DNA from: Phycisphaerales bacterium
Lineage (GTDB): Bacteria; Planctomycetota; Phycisphaerae; Phycisphaerales; UBA1924
Length of the DNA stretch: 64,000 bases
Assembly: GCA_020849615.1 (NCBI GenBank)
Contig: JADLFW010000018.1
Coordinates: 55,722-119,721 of the forward strand
Direction of reading: 5' to 3'
Shown here: positions 34,833-43,169 of the stretch, piece by piece
Layout: the number at the start of each line of letters is the position of its first letter
Position numbering within the stretch: position 1 is the first letter of the stretch
Program-made: the position numbers and the translations under genes
The notes under the pieces: generated by a model
What the model was told of the DNA's origin: nothing
Database searches by the model: none
What the model saw: only the letters and a program-made list of their open reading frames with translations

Positions 34833-34972
34833 TGACCTTGCCCACGGCCGGTGGAGTCTATTGATCGATAGGCTCGGGCCTGTCGAGGAGAAGGCGTTCG
34901 GATGGGCGAGAGGAAGTACACAGCGGAGTTCCGCGAGTCGGCGGTGCGGCTGGTGACGGGCGGGAAATCGAA
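34833..34972 (+). pseudogene. Remnant of an IS3-family element: putative left end plus the first ~22 codons of transposase OrfA
   Basis: ATG at 34902 encodes MGERKYTAEFRESAVRLVTGGKS, the canonical IS3/IS911 OrfA N-terminus (xRKYTxEFKxxAVxLV). The frame then degenerates and stops after 40 codons. A TGACC... terminus candidate sits 69 nt upstream at 34833, in a locally AT-richer patch. Confidence 0.55.
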
Positions 34973-35021
34973 GCCCCAAGCGAATTCGATTTCGGTGGCA
35001 CCACCGGGCCCGGCTCCAACG

Positions 35022-35086
35022 TAAAACGGCCCGTCCTCCGGACCGCCTTCATTTGCCATTTGCTATTTGCCCTTTGCCACTTCCTG
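35022..35086 (+). repeat. Dispersed TTTGCC-heptad element, copy iii
   Basis: aaaacggcccgtcctccggaccgccttcatttgccatttgctatttgccctttgccacttcctgg. A GC hairpin (one mismatch) followed by four 7-nt TTTGCCN units. The exact 16-mer ccgccttcatttgcca is at 35042-35057. Confidence 0.65.
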
Positions 35087-35162
35087 GCCGGCTGGTGGCA
35101 CTGGAACATTTCTCTTCTAGGCCGCGGCCCGCGCGCTTGGACGACGAGCCGCCCGTGCCACC

Positions 35163-35373
35163 CGCCGCGGAACAGTGCCGATTTCCTGTGGACCTACAGG
35201 CACGCCTGGCTCAGCATCGATTAATCGGTCGACGGCCTGCCCGTGCATCGATGGCCTCCGCCGCGACCAGCGCCCGTGAGTTGGATTGTCGGATGATGTG
35301 AAGGCCAGCGGCGCAGGCTCATTCCAAAACCCGACGGGCTGATCGGATGTGGCGTTCCACAGGGAGTGTGCCA
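35163..35373 (+). promoter_or_regulatory. Conserved upstream leader, copy B (homologous to 33196-33412)
   Basis: Same ordered blocks as copy A. AGGGAG at 35361-35366 precedes ATG 35374. Confidence 0.55.
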
Positions 35374-36549
35374 ATGCGAAACTTGCATCAGCTTGCGGCG
35401 ATCTGTGCTTGCACGGTGGCGCCTTCCACCCTTGCGGCGCTCTCCGGACTCAGGGTGGACTATCCGACGGGGTCGCGCCCCCAATCCATCCACGCGGCGG
35501 ACGTGGACGGGGACGGCAGGCCGGACCTGGTAACGGCGAACGAGTCGGCCAGCACCGCCTCGGTGCTGCTCAACCGCGGGGATGGGACCTTCGACGCGAA
35601 GGTGGACTACCCGACGGGAATGCACCCCTACTCCATTGACGCGACGGACGTGGATGGGGACGGGCGGATAGACCTGGTGACCGCGAACCGCATCCCCAGC
35701 ACCGCCTCGGTGCTGCTCAACCGCGGGGACGGGACCTTCGCAGCGAAAGTCGACTACCCGACGGGGTGGCGTCCTGCCTCCGTAGACACGGCGGACGTAA
35801 ACGGAGACGGCACGCCGGACCTGCTCACGGCAAACGGCGAGGCGCACACCGCGTCGGTGCTCATCAACCGCGGGGATGGGACCTTCGACGCAAAGGTGGA
35901 CTACCCGACGGGGATGCTCCCCTACTCCATTGACGCGACGGACGTGGATGGGGACGGGCGACCCGACCTGATCACGGCGAACTACTACGCCAGCACCGCC
36001 TCGGTGCTGCTCAACCGCGGCGACGGGACCTTCGCGGCGAAAGTGGATTACCCGACGGGGTCGTTCCCCTACTCCATACACGTCGCGGATGTGAACGGGG
36101 ACGGACGGCCCGACCTGGTGATGGCGAACTTCTTCGCCGACACCGCCTCGGTGCTGCTCAACCGCGGGCACGGGACCTTCGGCAGGAAATTGGACTACCC
36201 GACGGGGTCGCACCCCACCTCCATATGCGCGGCGGACGTGGACGGGGATGGAAGGCCGGACCTGGTGACGGTGAACAACACCGCCGGCACCGTCTCGGTG
36301 CTGCTCAACCGCGGGTACGGGACCTTCGCGGCGAAAGTGGACTACCCAACGGGGTCGACCCCCATCTCCATAGACGCGGCGGATGTGAACGGGGACGGGC
36401 GGATGGACCTGGTGACCGCGAACCGCATCCCCAGCACCGCCTCGGTGCTGCTCAACCGTGGGGACGGAACCTTCGAGGTCGGGGTGAAACAGTACTACCG
36501 GACGGGGTCGTACCCCACTGCTCTATCGCCGGCCCTGAGTGCGAAGTAG
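35374..36549 (+). CDS. Secreted FG-GAP/VCBS-repeat protein, seven-blade integrin-alpha-like propeller
   Basis: Signal peptide MRNLHQLAAICACTVAPSTLAALSG. Seven copies of VDYPTGxxPxSIxxADVDGDGRPDLVTANxxxxTASVLLNRGDGTFxAK. Confidence 0.85.
   Translation: MRNLHQLAAICACTVAPSTLAALSGLRVDYPTGSRPQSIHAADVDGDGRPDLVTANESASTASVLLNRGDGTFDAKVDYPTGMHPYSIDATDVDGDGRIDLVTANRIPSTASVLLNRGDGTFAAKVDYPTGWRPASVDTADVNGDGTPDLLTANGEAHTASVLINRGDGTFDAKVDYPTGMLPYSIDATDVDGDGRPDLITANYYASTASVLLNRGDGTFAAKVDYPTGSFPYSIHVADVNGDGRPDLVMANFFADTASVLLNRGHGTFGRKLDYPTGSHPTSICAADVDGDGRPDLVTVNNTAGTVSVLLNRGYGTFAAKVDYPTGSTPISIDAADVNGDGRMDLVTANRIPSTASVLLNRGDGTFEVGVKQYYRTGSYPTALSPALSAK
35455..36483 (+). repeat. Seven tandem 147-nt coding repeats inside the FG-GAP gene
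   Basis: gtggactaYccgacggg recurs at 35455, 35602 and onward with a 147-nt period. Repeats 2 and 7 share DLVTANRIPSTASVLLNRGDGTF exactly. Confidence 0.8.
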
Positions 36550-36786
36550 TCCGGTTCCTTGGCGGCGGGGCCTTCTCTGGGCTGGTGGCACTGTCGGCCT
36601 GCCGCTCGGGCGCGGGCCGCGTGATTGGCCATCCTGGGCTTCGATGTGTGCCACTGGCGGCTTCCCCGCCAGTGCTCTTCACCCTGTGCGTTCCCCGCCA
36701 CCACCAGCCCGGGCAGGCTATCGATCCCGCACGGGCGGACAAGCCGCCCGTGGCACGGATCGGACTCTGCCTCCCCCCCCCCAATG

Positions 36787-36848
36787 AAATACGGCCCGTT
36801 TCCGGGCCGCCTTCATTTGCCATGTGCTATTTGCGATTTGCCATTTTC
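36787..36848 (+). repeat. Dispersed TTTGCC-heptad element, copy iv
   Basis: aaatacggcccgtttccgggccgccttcatttgccatgtgctatttgcgatttgccattttc. Perfect hairpin cggcccg-tttc-cgggccg, then heptads. The exact 16-mer is at 36807-36822. Confidence 0.65.
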
Positions 36849-36866
36849 TGACCGCCCCGCGGTCAG
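36848..36866. terminator. Short GC hairpin in a convergent gap, overlapping the stop of the minus-strand gene
   Basis: ctgaccgc-ccc-gcggtcag, an 8-bp stem. There is no clean T-tract, so terminator function is only plausible. Confidence 0.35.
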
Positions 36867-37678
36867 GCCGCCTCCCCCTGCGCCCCCTCGTGGTCCTTGG
36901 TCCCCGCGACGCCATCCCGCGTCACGTAGTAGTAGTCGGGCGTGATCGGGTAGGGCAGGCGCTTGAAGTCCTGCGCCACGCGGTCCTTCAGCCTCTGCAC
37001 GAACGGGTCCGGGCCCGCCGACAGCGCCACGAACATGTCCCGCGCCGGCGTCGCCACGTAGAAGTTCCGCCCCAGCTGCGGCGCCAGGCGGTCGTAGAGC
37101 CCGCTCAGGAGCAGCCGGGCCGCGTCGTAGCCATCGTGCTGCGAGAGGATCGCGGCCCGCCCGCCCTCCTTGCTCTCGACCAGCTGCACCTCGAGGTCCG
37201 GCGCGTAGCCATCCAGGTTCTCGCGGGCGATCGCCTCGACATCATCCACGCACACCCCCCAGCGCACGAGCTGCTCGGTGGTGATGCTGACAGTCATGTG
37301 CGGCAGGTCGGTCACGAACACGATCACCGTGTCGTTGACGAAGGGGACGTGGGCGACCTGCTCGCGGGTCAGGTGCTCGAAGATCGACTCGGGCTGGATC
37401 CGCGGCATGATGCGGGGCCGCGCGAAATCCAGCGTCATGGAGGCCAGCTGCATCGCCTCGCCGGTGAAGAGCTGGTCGAGGTAGTGCTCGACGATCTCCT
37501 TGCCCCGCGTCGGCTCGTGGTTGACCATCCGGTAGAGGTTGTCGAGGTCCAGGCGGCGGCCGTCGATCAGCAGCTCGCGCGGGCCGACCAGCTCGATGCA
37601 CGAATCCGGCTGGAGCTTCCGCAGCATGGTCGCGACCATCTCGGCGAAGGCTTCGGGCTCTCTTGGCACACCGTACAT
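36863..37678 (-). CDS. Conserved cytoplasmic protein, possibly DUF1444/UPF0354-like
   Basis: Start at ATG 37678 (MYGVPREPEAFAEMVATMLRKL). 271 aa of ordinary composition. The upstream 130-codon extension of ORF 36863..38071 is Pro/Arg/Gly junk. The family assignment comes from overall resemblance only. Confidence 0.6.
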   Translation of the reverse strand: MYGVPREPEAFAEMVATMLRKLQPDSCIELVGPRELLIDGRRLDLDNLYRMVNHEPTRGKEIVEHYLDQLFTGEAMQLASMTLDFARPRIMPRIQPESIFEHLTREQVAHVPFVNDTVIVFVTDLPHMTVSITTEQLVRWGVCVDDVEAIARENLDGYAPDLEVQLVESKEGGRAAILSQHDGYDAARLLLSGLYDRLAPQLGRNFYVATPARDMFVALSAGPDPFVQRLKDRVAQDFKRLPYPITPDYYYVTRDGVAGTKDHEGAQGEAA

Positions 37679-37992
37679 AGTTACCGTCCCCCGGGAAGGC
37701 GGGTCTTGAAGAACGCACCATGGTCGGGACGGCGGGAATCGCGACCGACGCGAGGAACGGAGAATCAAGTGGAAGCCTGCCGTCCGTTCGCGCCGTGCTA
37801 TCGACGGTCGATACGGGGCGGGCCACCAACAGTTCCACCCCCGGGGAATCGGCCCGGGCGCCCGCGCCGTCTGCGCCGGGTGCGCGGGCCCGCGCCGCCC
37901 GATAGCCGCCGGGCCCGGCGGCACCCCTCCCCCCTCCCCGTCTCCGGGGCCCGGCCCGTCCGGGGCCCGGGGCCGCCGCGGACCCCTCCGGC

Positions 37993-38020
37993 TTGGCACC
38001 GGCCCGGCCGGGCGTATAAT
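37993..38020 (+). promoter_or_regulatory. Near-consensus sigma-70-type promoter upstream of acpP
   Basis: TTGGCA (37993-37998), a 16-nt spacer, then TATAAT (38015-38020). It lies about 85 nt upstream of the acpP start. Confidence 0.55.
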
Positions 38021-38105
38021 CGCGACTCGGAGAGGGGGTCGATCGCCGGTCCCTTCCTTCTGACCGTGCATTGGATACCCCTTGGGTGCTCACCGGAGAT
38101 CACGC

Positions 38106-38354
38106 GTGACCGAGCAAGAGATCGAAGCGAAGGTGATCGAGATCGTCGCCGAGCAGATGGGCGCTGATAAGGCCAAGATCAGCCGCAGCACCAGCTTCGT
38201 CGAAGACCTCAACGCCGACAGCCTGGACACCGTCGAGCTGGTGATGGAGTTCGAGGATGAGTTCGAAACCTCGATCCCCGATGAGCAGGCCGAGAAGATC
38301 AAGACCGTCGGCGAGGCCATCGATTTCATCAAGCAGGCCCACGGCGTCGAGTAA
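38106..38354 (+). CDS. acpP: Acyl carrier protein
   Basis: [45 protein letters not shown] contains the DSLD phosphopantetheine site. GTG 38106 was chosen as start. The start could be as far upstream as 38082. Confidence 0.9.
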   Translation: MTEQEIEAKVIEIVAEQMGADKAKISRSTSFVEDLNADSLDTVELVMEFEDEFETSIPDEQAEKIKTVGEAIDFIKQAHGVE

Positions 38355-38445
38355 GGCGCCGCCGGCCCCGCATTTCCCCGGGTGAATCTCCGGTTCGCGC
38401 CCGGGCGTTCCCGCGGTTCCACGGTCCTTGCCTAGCCTCACGCCT

Positions 38446-39729
38446 ATGGCCAACCCCCAGATGGGCTCCCGCCGCATCGTCATCACCGGCATGGGTGCGG
38501 TGACCAACCTCGGTCACTCCGCCCCCGCCACGTGGGCCGCCATGCGCGAAGGCCACTCCGGCATCTCCGGCCTCGAGGGCACGGAGTTTGAGCGATACTC
38601 CGACCGCTGGAGCGTCGCCGCCACCGGCCAGGTCAAGAACTGGGACTCCTCCCCGATCGTGGAGCACCGCGAGGCCAAGCGCCTCGACCGCTTCACGATC
38701 CTCGGGCTCGGGGCCGCCGCGGAGGCGGTCACCCATTCAGGGGTGGATTTCGCCAAGGAAGACGGCGAGCGCTGCGGCGTCGTCATCGGCTCGGGCATCG
38801 GCGGCATCAAGACTATCGAGGATGGCGTCGGCGTCATGCTGGAGCGCGGGCCCGACCGCCTGAGCCCTTTCACCGTCCCCCGGCTGATGGTCAACGCCGC
38901 CACCGGCAACATCTCGATCCGCTACGGGCTCCGTGGCCCGGCCACGGCTCACGCCACGGCCTGCGCCAGCTCGGGCCACGCCATCGGCGATGCCCTGAAC
39001 ATCATGCGCCGCGGCCACGCCGACGTGATGATCGTCGGCGGCGCCGAGGCCGCGGTGACCCCCCTGTGCGTGGGGGCCTTCATGGTCATGCGAGCGCTTT
39101 CAACCCGCTCCGATGACCCCCGCAAGGCCAGCCGGCCTTTCGATGCCGACCGGGATGGCTTCGTGCTCGCCGAGGGCGCGGCCATGTTCGTCCTCGAGAC
39201 CGAGGAGCACGCCCGGGCCCGGGGGGCCACGATCTACGCCGAGCTCGTGGGCGCTGCCAACAGCTCCGACGCGAGCCACATCACCGCCCCCGATGCGGGC
39301 GGGCTGGGCGCGGCCCGGTCGATGCGCTGGGCCCTCGAGGACGCCGGGCTGAACCCCGCCGACATCGGCTACGTCAACTCGCACGGGACCTCGACTCCGC
39401 TGGGCGACAAGGCCGAGGTCGCGGCGGTGCTGAGCATGTTCGGCGACCACGCCCGCAAGTCGGCCGGCGGCAAGCTGCTCATGAGCTCCACCAAGTCCAT
39501 GCACGGGCACTGCCTGGGCGCTTCGGGCGCGGTCGAGCTCATCGCCTGCATCCACGCCGTCCGCGATGGCATCATCCCGCCGACGATCAACCTCGACAAG
39601 CCCGATGAGGGCTTCGACATCGACCTCGTGCCGCATCACGCCCGCGAGCGCCGCGTCCGCTACGCCATGAACAACACGTTCGGCTTCGGCGGCCACAACG
39701 TCACGCTCATCGTCGGCCGCTACGAATAA
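38446..39729 (+). CDS. fabF: Beta-ketoacyl-ACP synthase II
   Basis: RRIVITGMGAVTNLG, active-site ATACASSGHAIGDA, NSHGTSTPLGD, KSMHGHCLGASG and NTFGFGGHN are visible. Confidence 0.95.
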   Translation: MANPQMGSRRIVITGMGAVTNLGHSAPATWAAMREGHSGISGLEGTEFERYSDRWSVAATGQVKNWDSSPIVEHREAKRLDRFTILGLGAAAEAVTHSGVDFAKEDGERCGVVIGSGIGGIKTIEDGVGVMLERGPDRLSPFTVPRLMVNAATGNISIRYGLRGPATAHATACASSGHAIGDALNIMRRGHADVMIVGGAEAAVTPLCVGAFMVMRALSTRSDDPRKASRPFDADRDGFVLAEGAAMFVLETEEHARARGATIYAELVGAANSSDASHITAPDAGGLGAARSMRWALEDAGLNPADIGYVNSHGTSTPLGDKAEVAAVLSMFGDHARKSAGGKLLMSSTKSMHGHCLGASGAVELIACIHAVRDGIIPPTINLDKPDEGFDIDLVPHHARERRVRYAMNNTFGFGGHNVTLIVGRYE

Positions 39730-39791
39730 CCGCCCGCCGGGCACCGCGGCGAAGCTCTGGAGCCGTCTGCACGCCCCCGTTATCATCGCCG

Positions 39792-40757
39792 GTGGCCACG
39801 CGGGTTGGCCGGTCGGGAGCTCGCCCGGTGCCGGAGATCCTGTCATCCAGGGAGGTCTTCCGCGGGGGCAGCGCGGCGGTCTACGACGTGCGCTGCAGCG
39901 CCCGCCGCTGCGGATGCTCCGGTGAAGAGCACAACGCGGGCGACAGCATCGCCTTCATCCGCTCGGGCGTCTTCGTGAAGCACACGCGCGGCACGCGCAT
40001 CGTCGCCGACCCCACTTCCGCGGTCTTCTTCACGCGCGGCGAGACCTACCGCGTCAGCCATCCGGGCGACCACGGCGATCGCTGCACCTCGTTCGCGCTC
40101 CCCGCCGGGCTGCTGTGGGAAGCGCTGCGGGAGTTTGATCCGCGCGCCGCGGAGCGTCCCGACGGGCCGTTCCCGCTGACGCATGCACCGGCCGACGAGG
40201 TGAGCTTCCTGCTCCAGGCCCGGCTGCTCGAGCACCTGCGCAGGTCGGACGCCTCGCCGCTGGCGGTTGAAGAAGCCGCGTGCGGGCTGGCCCGGCGCCT
40301 GGTCCGCAGCGCGTGCGAAGCCCGTTTGTCCGGCCCGTCACGCGGGGCTGGGGGGTCACCCGGGCCGCGCGGCGACACCACCGCGGCCCACCGGGATCTG
40401 GTCGAGGCGTGCAAGGTGGCGCTGGCGGCCCGGGCGCCGTCGAGGCTCACCCTGATCGCGCTGGCCCGCGAGGTGCACGCCTCGCCGTACCACCTTTCCC
40501 GCGTCTTCCGCGCGGGGACGGGCCTGACGCTCCAGCGCTACGCCAACCGGCTGCGGCTTCGCGATGGCCTGCGCCGCCTGCTCGATGACCGCGGCGAACC
40601 CGCCGTTGTCGCCGTCGAGTGCGGTTTCTTCGACCAGAGCCACTTCTGCAACGCGTTCAAGCGCGAGTTCGGCGTGACGCCGGGCCGCGGCGCCCAAGGC
40701 CATCTGCTGCCGTTCCCGCGGGCCCTCGCGCACCTGAGCAAACTTCTCCAAGATTGA
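39792..40757 (+). CDS. AraC-family transcriptional regulator
   Basis: C-terminal double HTH reads LIALAREVHASPYHLSRVFRAGTGLTLQRYANRLRLRDGLRRL...ECGFFDQSHFCNAFKREFGVTPG. The start is uncertain (GTG 39792 or GTG 39828). Confidence 0.8.
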   Translation: MATRVGRSGARPVPEILSSREVFRGGSAAVYDVRCSARRCGCSGEEHNAGDSIAFIRSGVFVKHTRGTRIVADPTSAVFFTRGETYRVSHPGDHGDRCTSFALPAGLLWEALREFDPRAAERPDGPFPLTHAPADEVSFLLQARLLEHLRRSDASPLAVEEAACGLARRLVRSACEARLSGPSRGAGGSPGPRGDTTAAHRDLVEACKVALAARAPSRLTLIALAREVHASPYHLSRVFRAGTGLTLQRYANRLRLRDGLRRLLDDRGEPAVVAVECGFFDQSHFCNAFKREFGVTPGRGAQGHLLPFPRALAHLSKLLQD

Positions 40758-40854
40758 CCGGGCCCGGGCCCGTACGTTGGCCTCGCGGACAGTTCGGGCG
40801 GCGTCGCCCGGCGGGCCCGCGAAGTCGGTCACGTTTTCAGCCAAGGAGCAAGTC

Positions 40855-40995
40855 ATGAGCAAGTGCCCGGTGTGCGATTGGGAGATCAAGGACAAGGGTG
40901 TGAAGGTCAAGTCGGGCGGCAAGGAAGTCACCGTCTGCTGCCAGGAGTGCGCTGACAAGCTCAAGGCGCAGCCCGCCGGCGCCCGCCGGAAGTAG
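40855..40995 (+). CDS. 46-aa Cys4 mini-protein (zinc-ribbon/TRASH-like)
   Basis: AAGGAG at 40843-40848, then ATG 40855. Sequence MSKCPVCDWEIKDKGVKVKSGGKEVTVCCQECADKLKAQPAGARRK has a CxxC...CCxxC pattern. Confidence 0.5.
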   Translation: MSKCPVCDWEIKDKGVKVKSGGKEVTVCCQECADKLKAQPAGARRK

Positions 40996-41038
40996 CCGCA
41001 GCACACCGCCCTTGGTGCGGCCGATCCCACTCACCACG

Positions 41039-41063
41039 CCGGGCGTTCCACGAGGACGCCCGG
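41039..41063 (+). terminator. Hairpin downstream of the mini-protein gene
   Basis: ccgggcgt-tccacgagg-acgcccgg, an 8-bp GC stem with a weak T content after it. Confidence 0.35.
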
Positions 41064-41220
41064 CGTTGCTGTCGTCCGGGGCCTCGTTGTGTGGGTTGCC
41101 GACACGGTCCGGCCCGACGCGGCCCGGCATGGCCCGGCATGGCCCGGCCCCGGGCTGGTAGTCTGCCGACCCAGAGGCCGGGCCATCGCGGACATCCAGC
41201 GTTTCGGGCGGAGGCCGATC

Positions 41221-42624
41221 ATGACCGGTACTGAACCAGCGCTCCCGAGCCCCGTGTCGCGCGCCGAGCGCATCGATTTCCTCGACACGGCGCGGGGCCT
41301 GGCGCTGCTGGGCATCCTCTTCGTGAACATCCAGTCGTTCGGAGAGCCCTTCGGCCGCTTCATCGAGGTTGCGCCCGGGCCCGGCACGCTCGACCAGGTC
41401 TCGTTCGCGTTCGTCAAGATCTTCTGCGAGGGCAAGTTCTACACCTTGTTCTCGACGCTCTTCGGCATCGGGCTCGCGATCCAGTGGACCCGCGCTCACA
41501 GCGCGGGCCGGCGCTTCCGCGGCGTCGCCCTGCGCCGCCTGCTGTTCCTGATGGCCCTGGGCCTCGCGCACGGGCTGCTGCTGTGGTACGGCGACATCCT
41601 GCTGACCTACTCGATCTGCGGCCTGTTGCTCCTCCCCGCGCTGCGGCTCAAGCCCGCCACCCTCATCACCATCGCGGCGATCATCCTCGCGGTCGCGACT
41701 CTGCTGTCTGGCCTGGTGGGCGGGATCATGCAGCCGACGGCCGGGACTACGACCCAAGCCACCGCCAAGGCCGCTGCTGAACCAACGGCGCCTTCGCCAG
41801 CATCAGCGCCCGCGCCACCAGCCGCCGTACCCACAGCGCCGCAGCCGCCGGAGTCCGAAGCGTCGCGGCAGGAGCGGCCCCGCCCCGAGTCGCCCATCCT
41901 CCGGCTTTTCGATGCCTATGAGCGCAAGGAAATCGAGGCCGGGCCCGACCACCCGATCTGGATGGAGCAGGAGACCCGCGCGTTCAAGAACGGCCCGTTC
42001 ATCGAGGCTGTGTATTTCCGGGCCCTGCTGGTCGCCATGATCGTGACCTTCACGCTGCTGGGCTTCGGCTGGAGCATCATCGCGATGTTCCTGATCGGGG
42101 CGGCGATGTGGAAGTCGGGATTCGTCGCGGCGCCGGCGGGGCCGCTGGCGCGGCGGCTTTTCTTCATCGGGTTGCCCGTCGGCCTCGCCGGTTCGGTCCT
42201 GGCGTTCATCATCCTGCGCGGCCAGCCCGGCACGCTCGAGCGCATCCTGATGGGCCTGATCTCGATGCCGTCGGCGACGCTGATCACGCTGGGGTATTTC
42301 GCCGGGGTAAAGGTGTGGGTGGAAGGTGGCCGGGCCCGGCTGGTGGCGGCCCTGCTCGCCAACGTGGGCCGCTTCGGGCTGACCAACTACATCATGCAGA
42401 CGGTGATCTGCACGTTCGTCTTCTACCACTGGGGGCTGGCCCGGTTCGGCGAGCTCTCCCGCCCCGAGCGGATGGCGATGGTGCTGGCGATCTACGCCTT
42501 TCAGGTGGTGCTCAGCGCCGGGCTGACCCGGGTGCTGGCCTACGGCCCCCTGGAGTGGGTGTGGCGGACGGTGACCTACCTGCACCCGCAGCCGCTGCTG
42601 CTTCGATCGACCGCGCGGGGATAA
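41221..42624 (+). CDS. DUF418/YeiB-like polytopic membrane protein
   Basis: GGAGG precedes ATG 41221. RIDFLDTARGLALLGILFVNIQSF and C-terminal GRFGLTNYIMQTVICTFVFY...GPLEWVWR are visible. A Pro/Ala-rich insert lies mid-protein. Confidence 0.8.
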   Translation: MTGTEPALPSPVSRAERIDFLDTARGLALLGILFVNIQSFGEPFGRFIEVAPGPGTLDQVSFAFVKIFCEGKFYTLFSTLFGIGLAIQWTRAHSAGRRFRGVALRRLLFLMALGLAHGLLLWYGDILLTYSICGLLLLPALRLKPATLITIAAIILAVATLLSGLVGGIMQPTAGTTTQATAKAAAEPTAPSPASAPAPPAAVPTAPQPPESEASRQERPRPESPILRLFDAYERKEIEAGPDHPIWMEQETRAFKNGPFIEAVYFRALLVAMIVTFTLLGFGWSIIAMFLIGAAMWKSGFVAAPAGPLARRLFFIGLPVGLAGSVLAFIILRGQPGTLERILMGLISMPSATLITLGYFAGVKVWVEGGRARLVAALLANVGRFGLTNYIMQTVICTFVFYHWGLARFGELSRPERMAMVLAIYAFQVVLSAGLTRVLAYGPLEWVWRTVTYLHPQPLLLRSTARG

Positions 42625-42719
42625 CGCCGCCGGGCCCGGCCGGGCCGCCGGCTTGCATTGGCACGTCTCTTGCGGAACCCCTGAACCGGCGTTCTTCCTG
42701 CGCCGATAAGGCCACACGC

Positions 42720-43061
42720 ATGCCCACCACCGCGAACCTGGACCAGATCCTAAAGCTTGAAGTGCCCATCGTCGTCCGGCTGGGTGAGCGGCGGATGTCG
42801 CTCGCCGAGGTCGTATCGCTGCTCCCCGGGGCGATCATCGAGCTCGCCAAGCAGTCCGAGGATGAGCTCGACCTGCTCGTGAACAACAAGCAGATCGCCA
42901 CCGGCACCGCCGTGAAGGTGGGGGAGAACTTCGGCCTGCGGATCTCGTTCATCGGCGATGCCGGCGAGCGGATCCGCGCCCTGGGCGAGGAGGCCCGAAG
43001 CGCCGAGGCGGATATCCACGCCGCCGACCTGGCGGAGGCGATGCTCGCCGGCCAGGTGTGA
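42720..43061 (+). CDS. fliN: FliN / SpoA-domain (surface presentation of antigens) protein
   Basis: ATG 42720. LDQILKLEVPIVVRLGERRMSLAEVVSLLPGAIIELAKQSEDELDLLVNNKQIATGTAVKVGENFGLRISFI matches the FliN C-terminal SpoA pattern. Confidence 0.8.
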   Translation: MPTTANLDQILKLEVPIVVRLGERRMSLAEVVSLLPGAIIELAKQSEDELDLLVNNKQIATGTAVKVGENFGLRISFIGDAGERIRALGEEARSAEADIHAADLAEAMLAGQV

Positions 43062-43169
43062 CCAGGGGTTCGGGCCCGCCGTCCGGGCGCCACCTCCGCG
43101 GGCTTGGGTCCTACGCTGTCGCGGCGCGAGACCGCGTCTTTTCGCCCGCGCGGGCCCGGAGCCGAATCG

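Noticed and set aside
35089-35110. Sigma-54 promoter suggested by recurring TGGCAC (35094, 36587, 33124)
   Set aside because: No TTGC (-12) element lies at the required 5-nt spacing after any of the TGGCAC words. At 36587 the nearest GC dinucleotide is two positions out of register.
35455-36483. Possible CRISPR-like periodic repeat
   Set aside because: The 147-nt period has no unique spacers. It lies within one reading frame and encodes FG-GAP blades. No cas genes or short direct-repeat/spacer architecture occur anywhere in the window.
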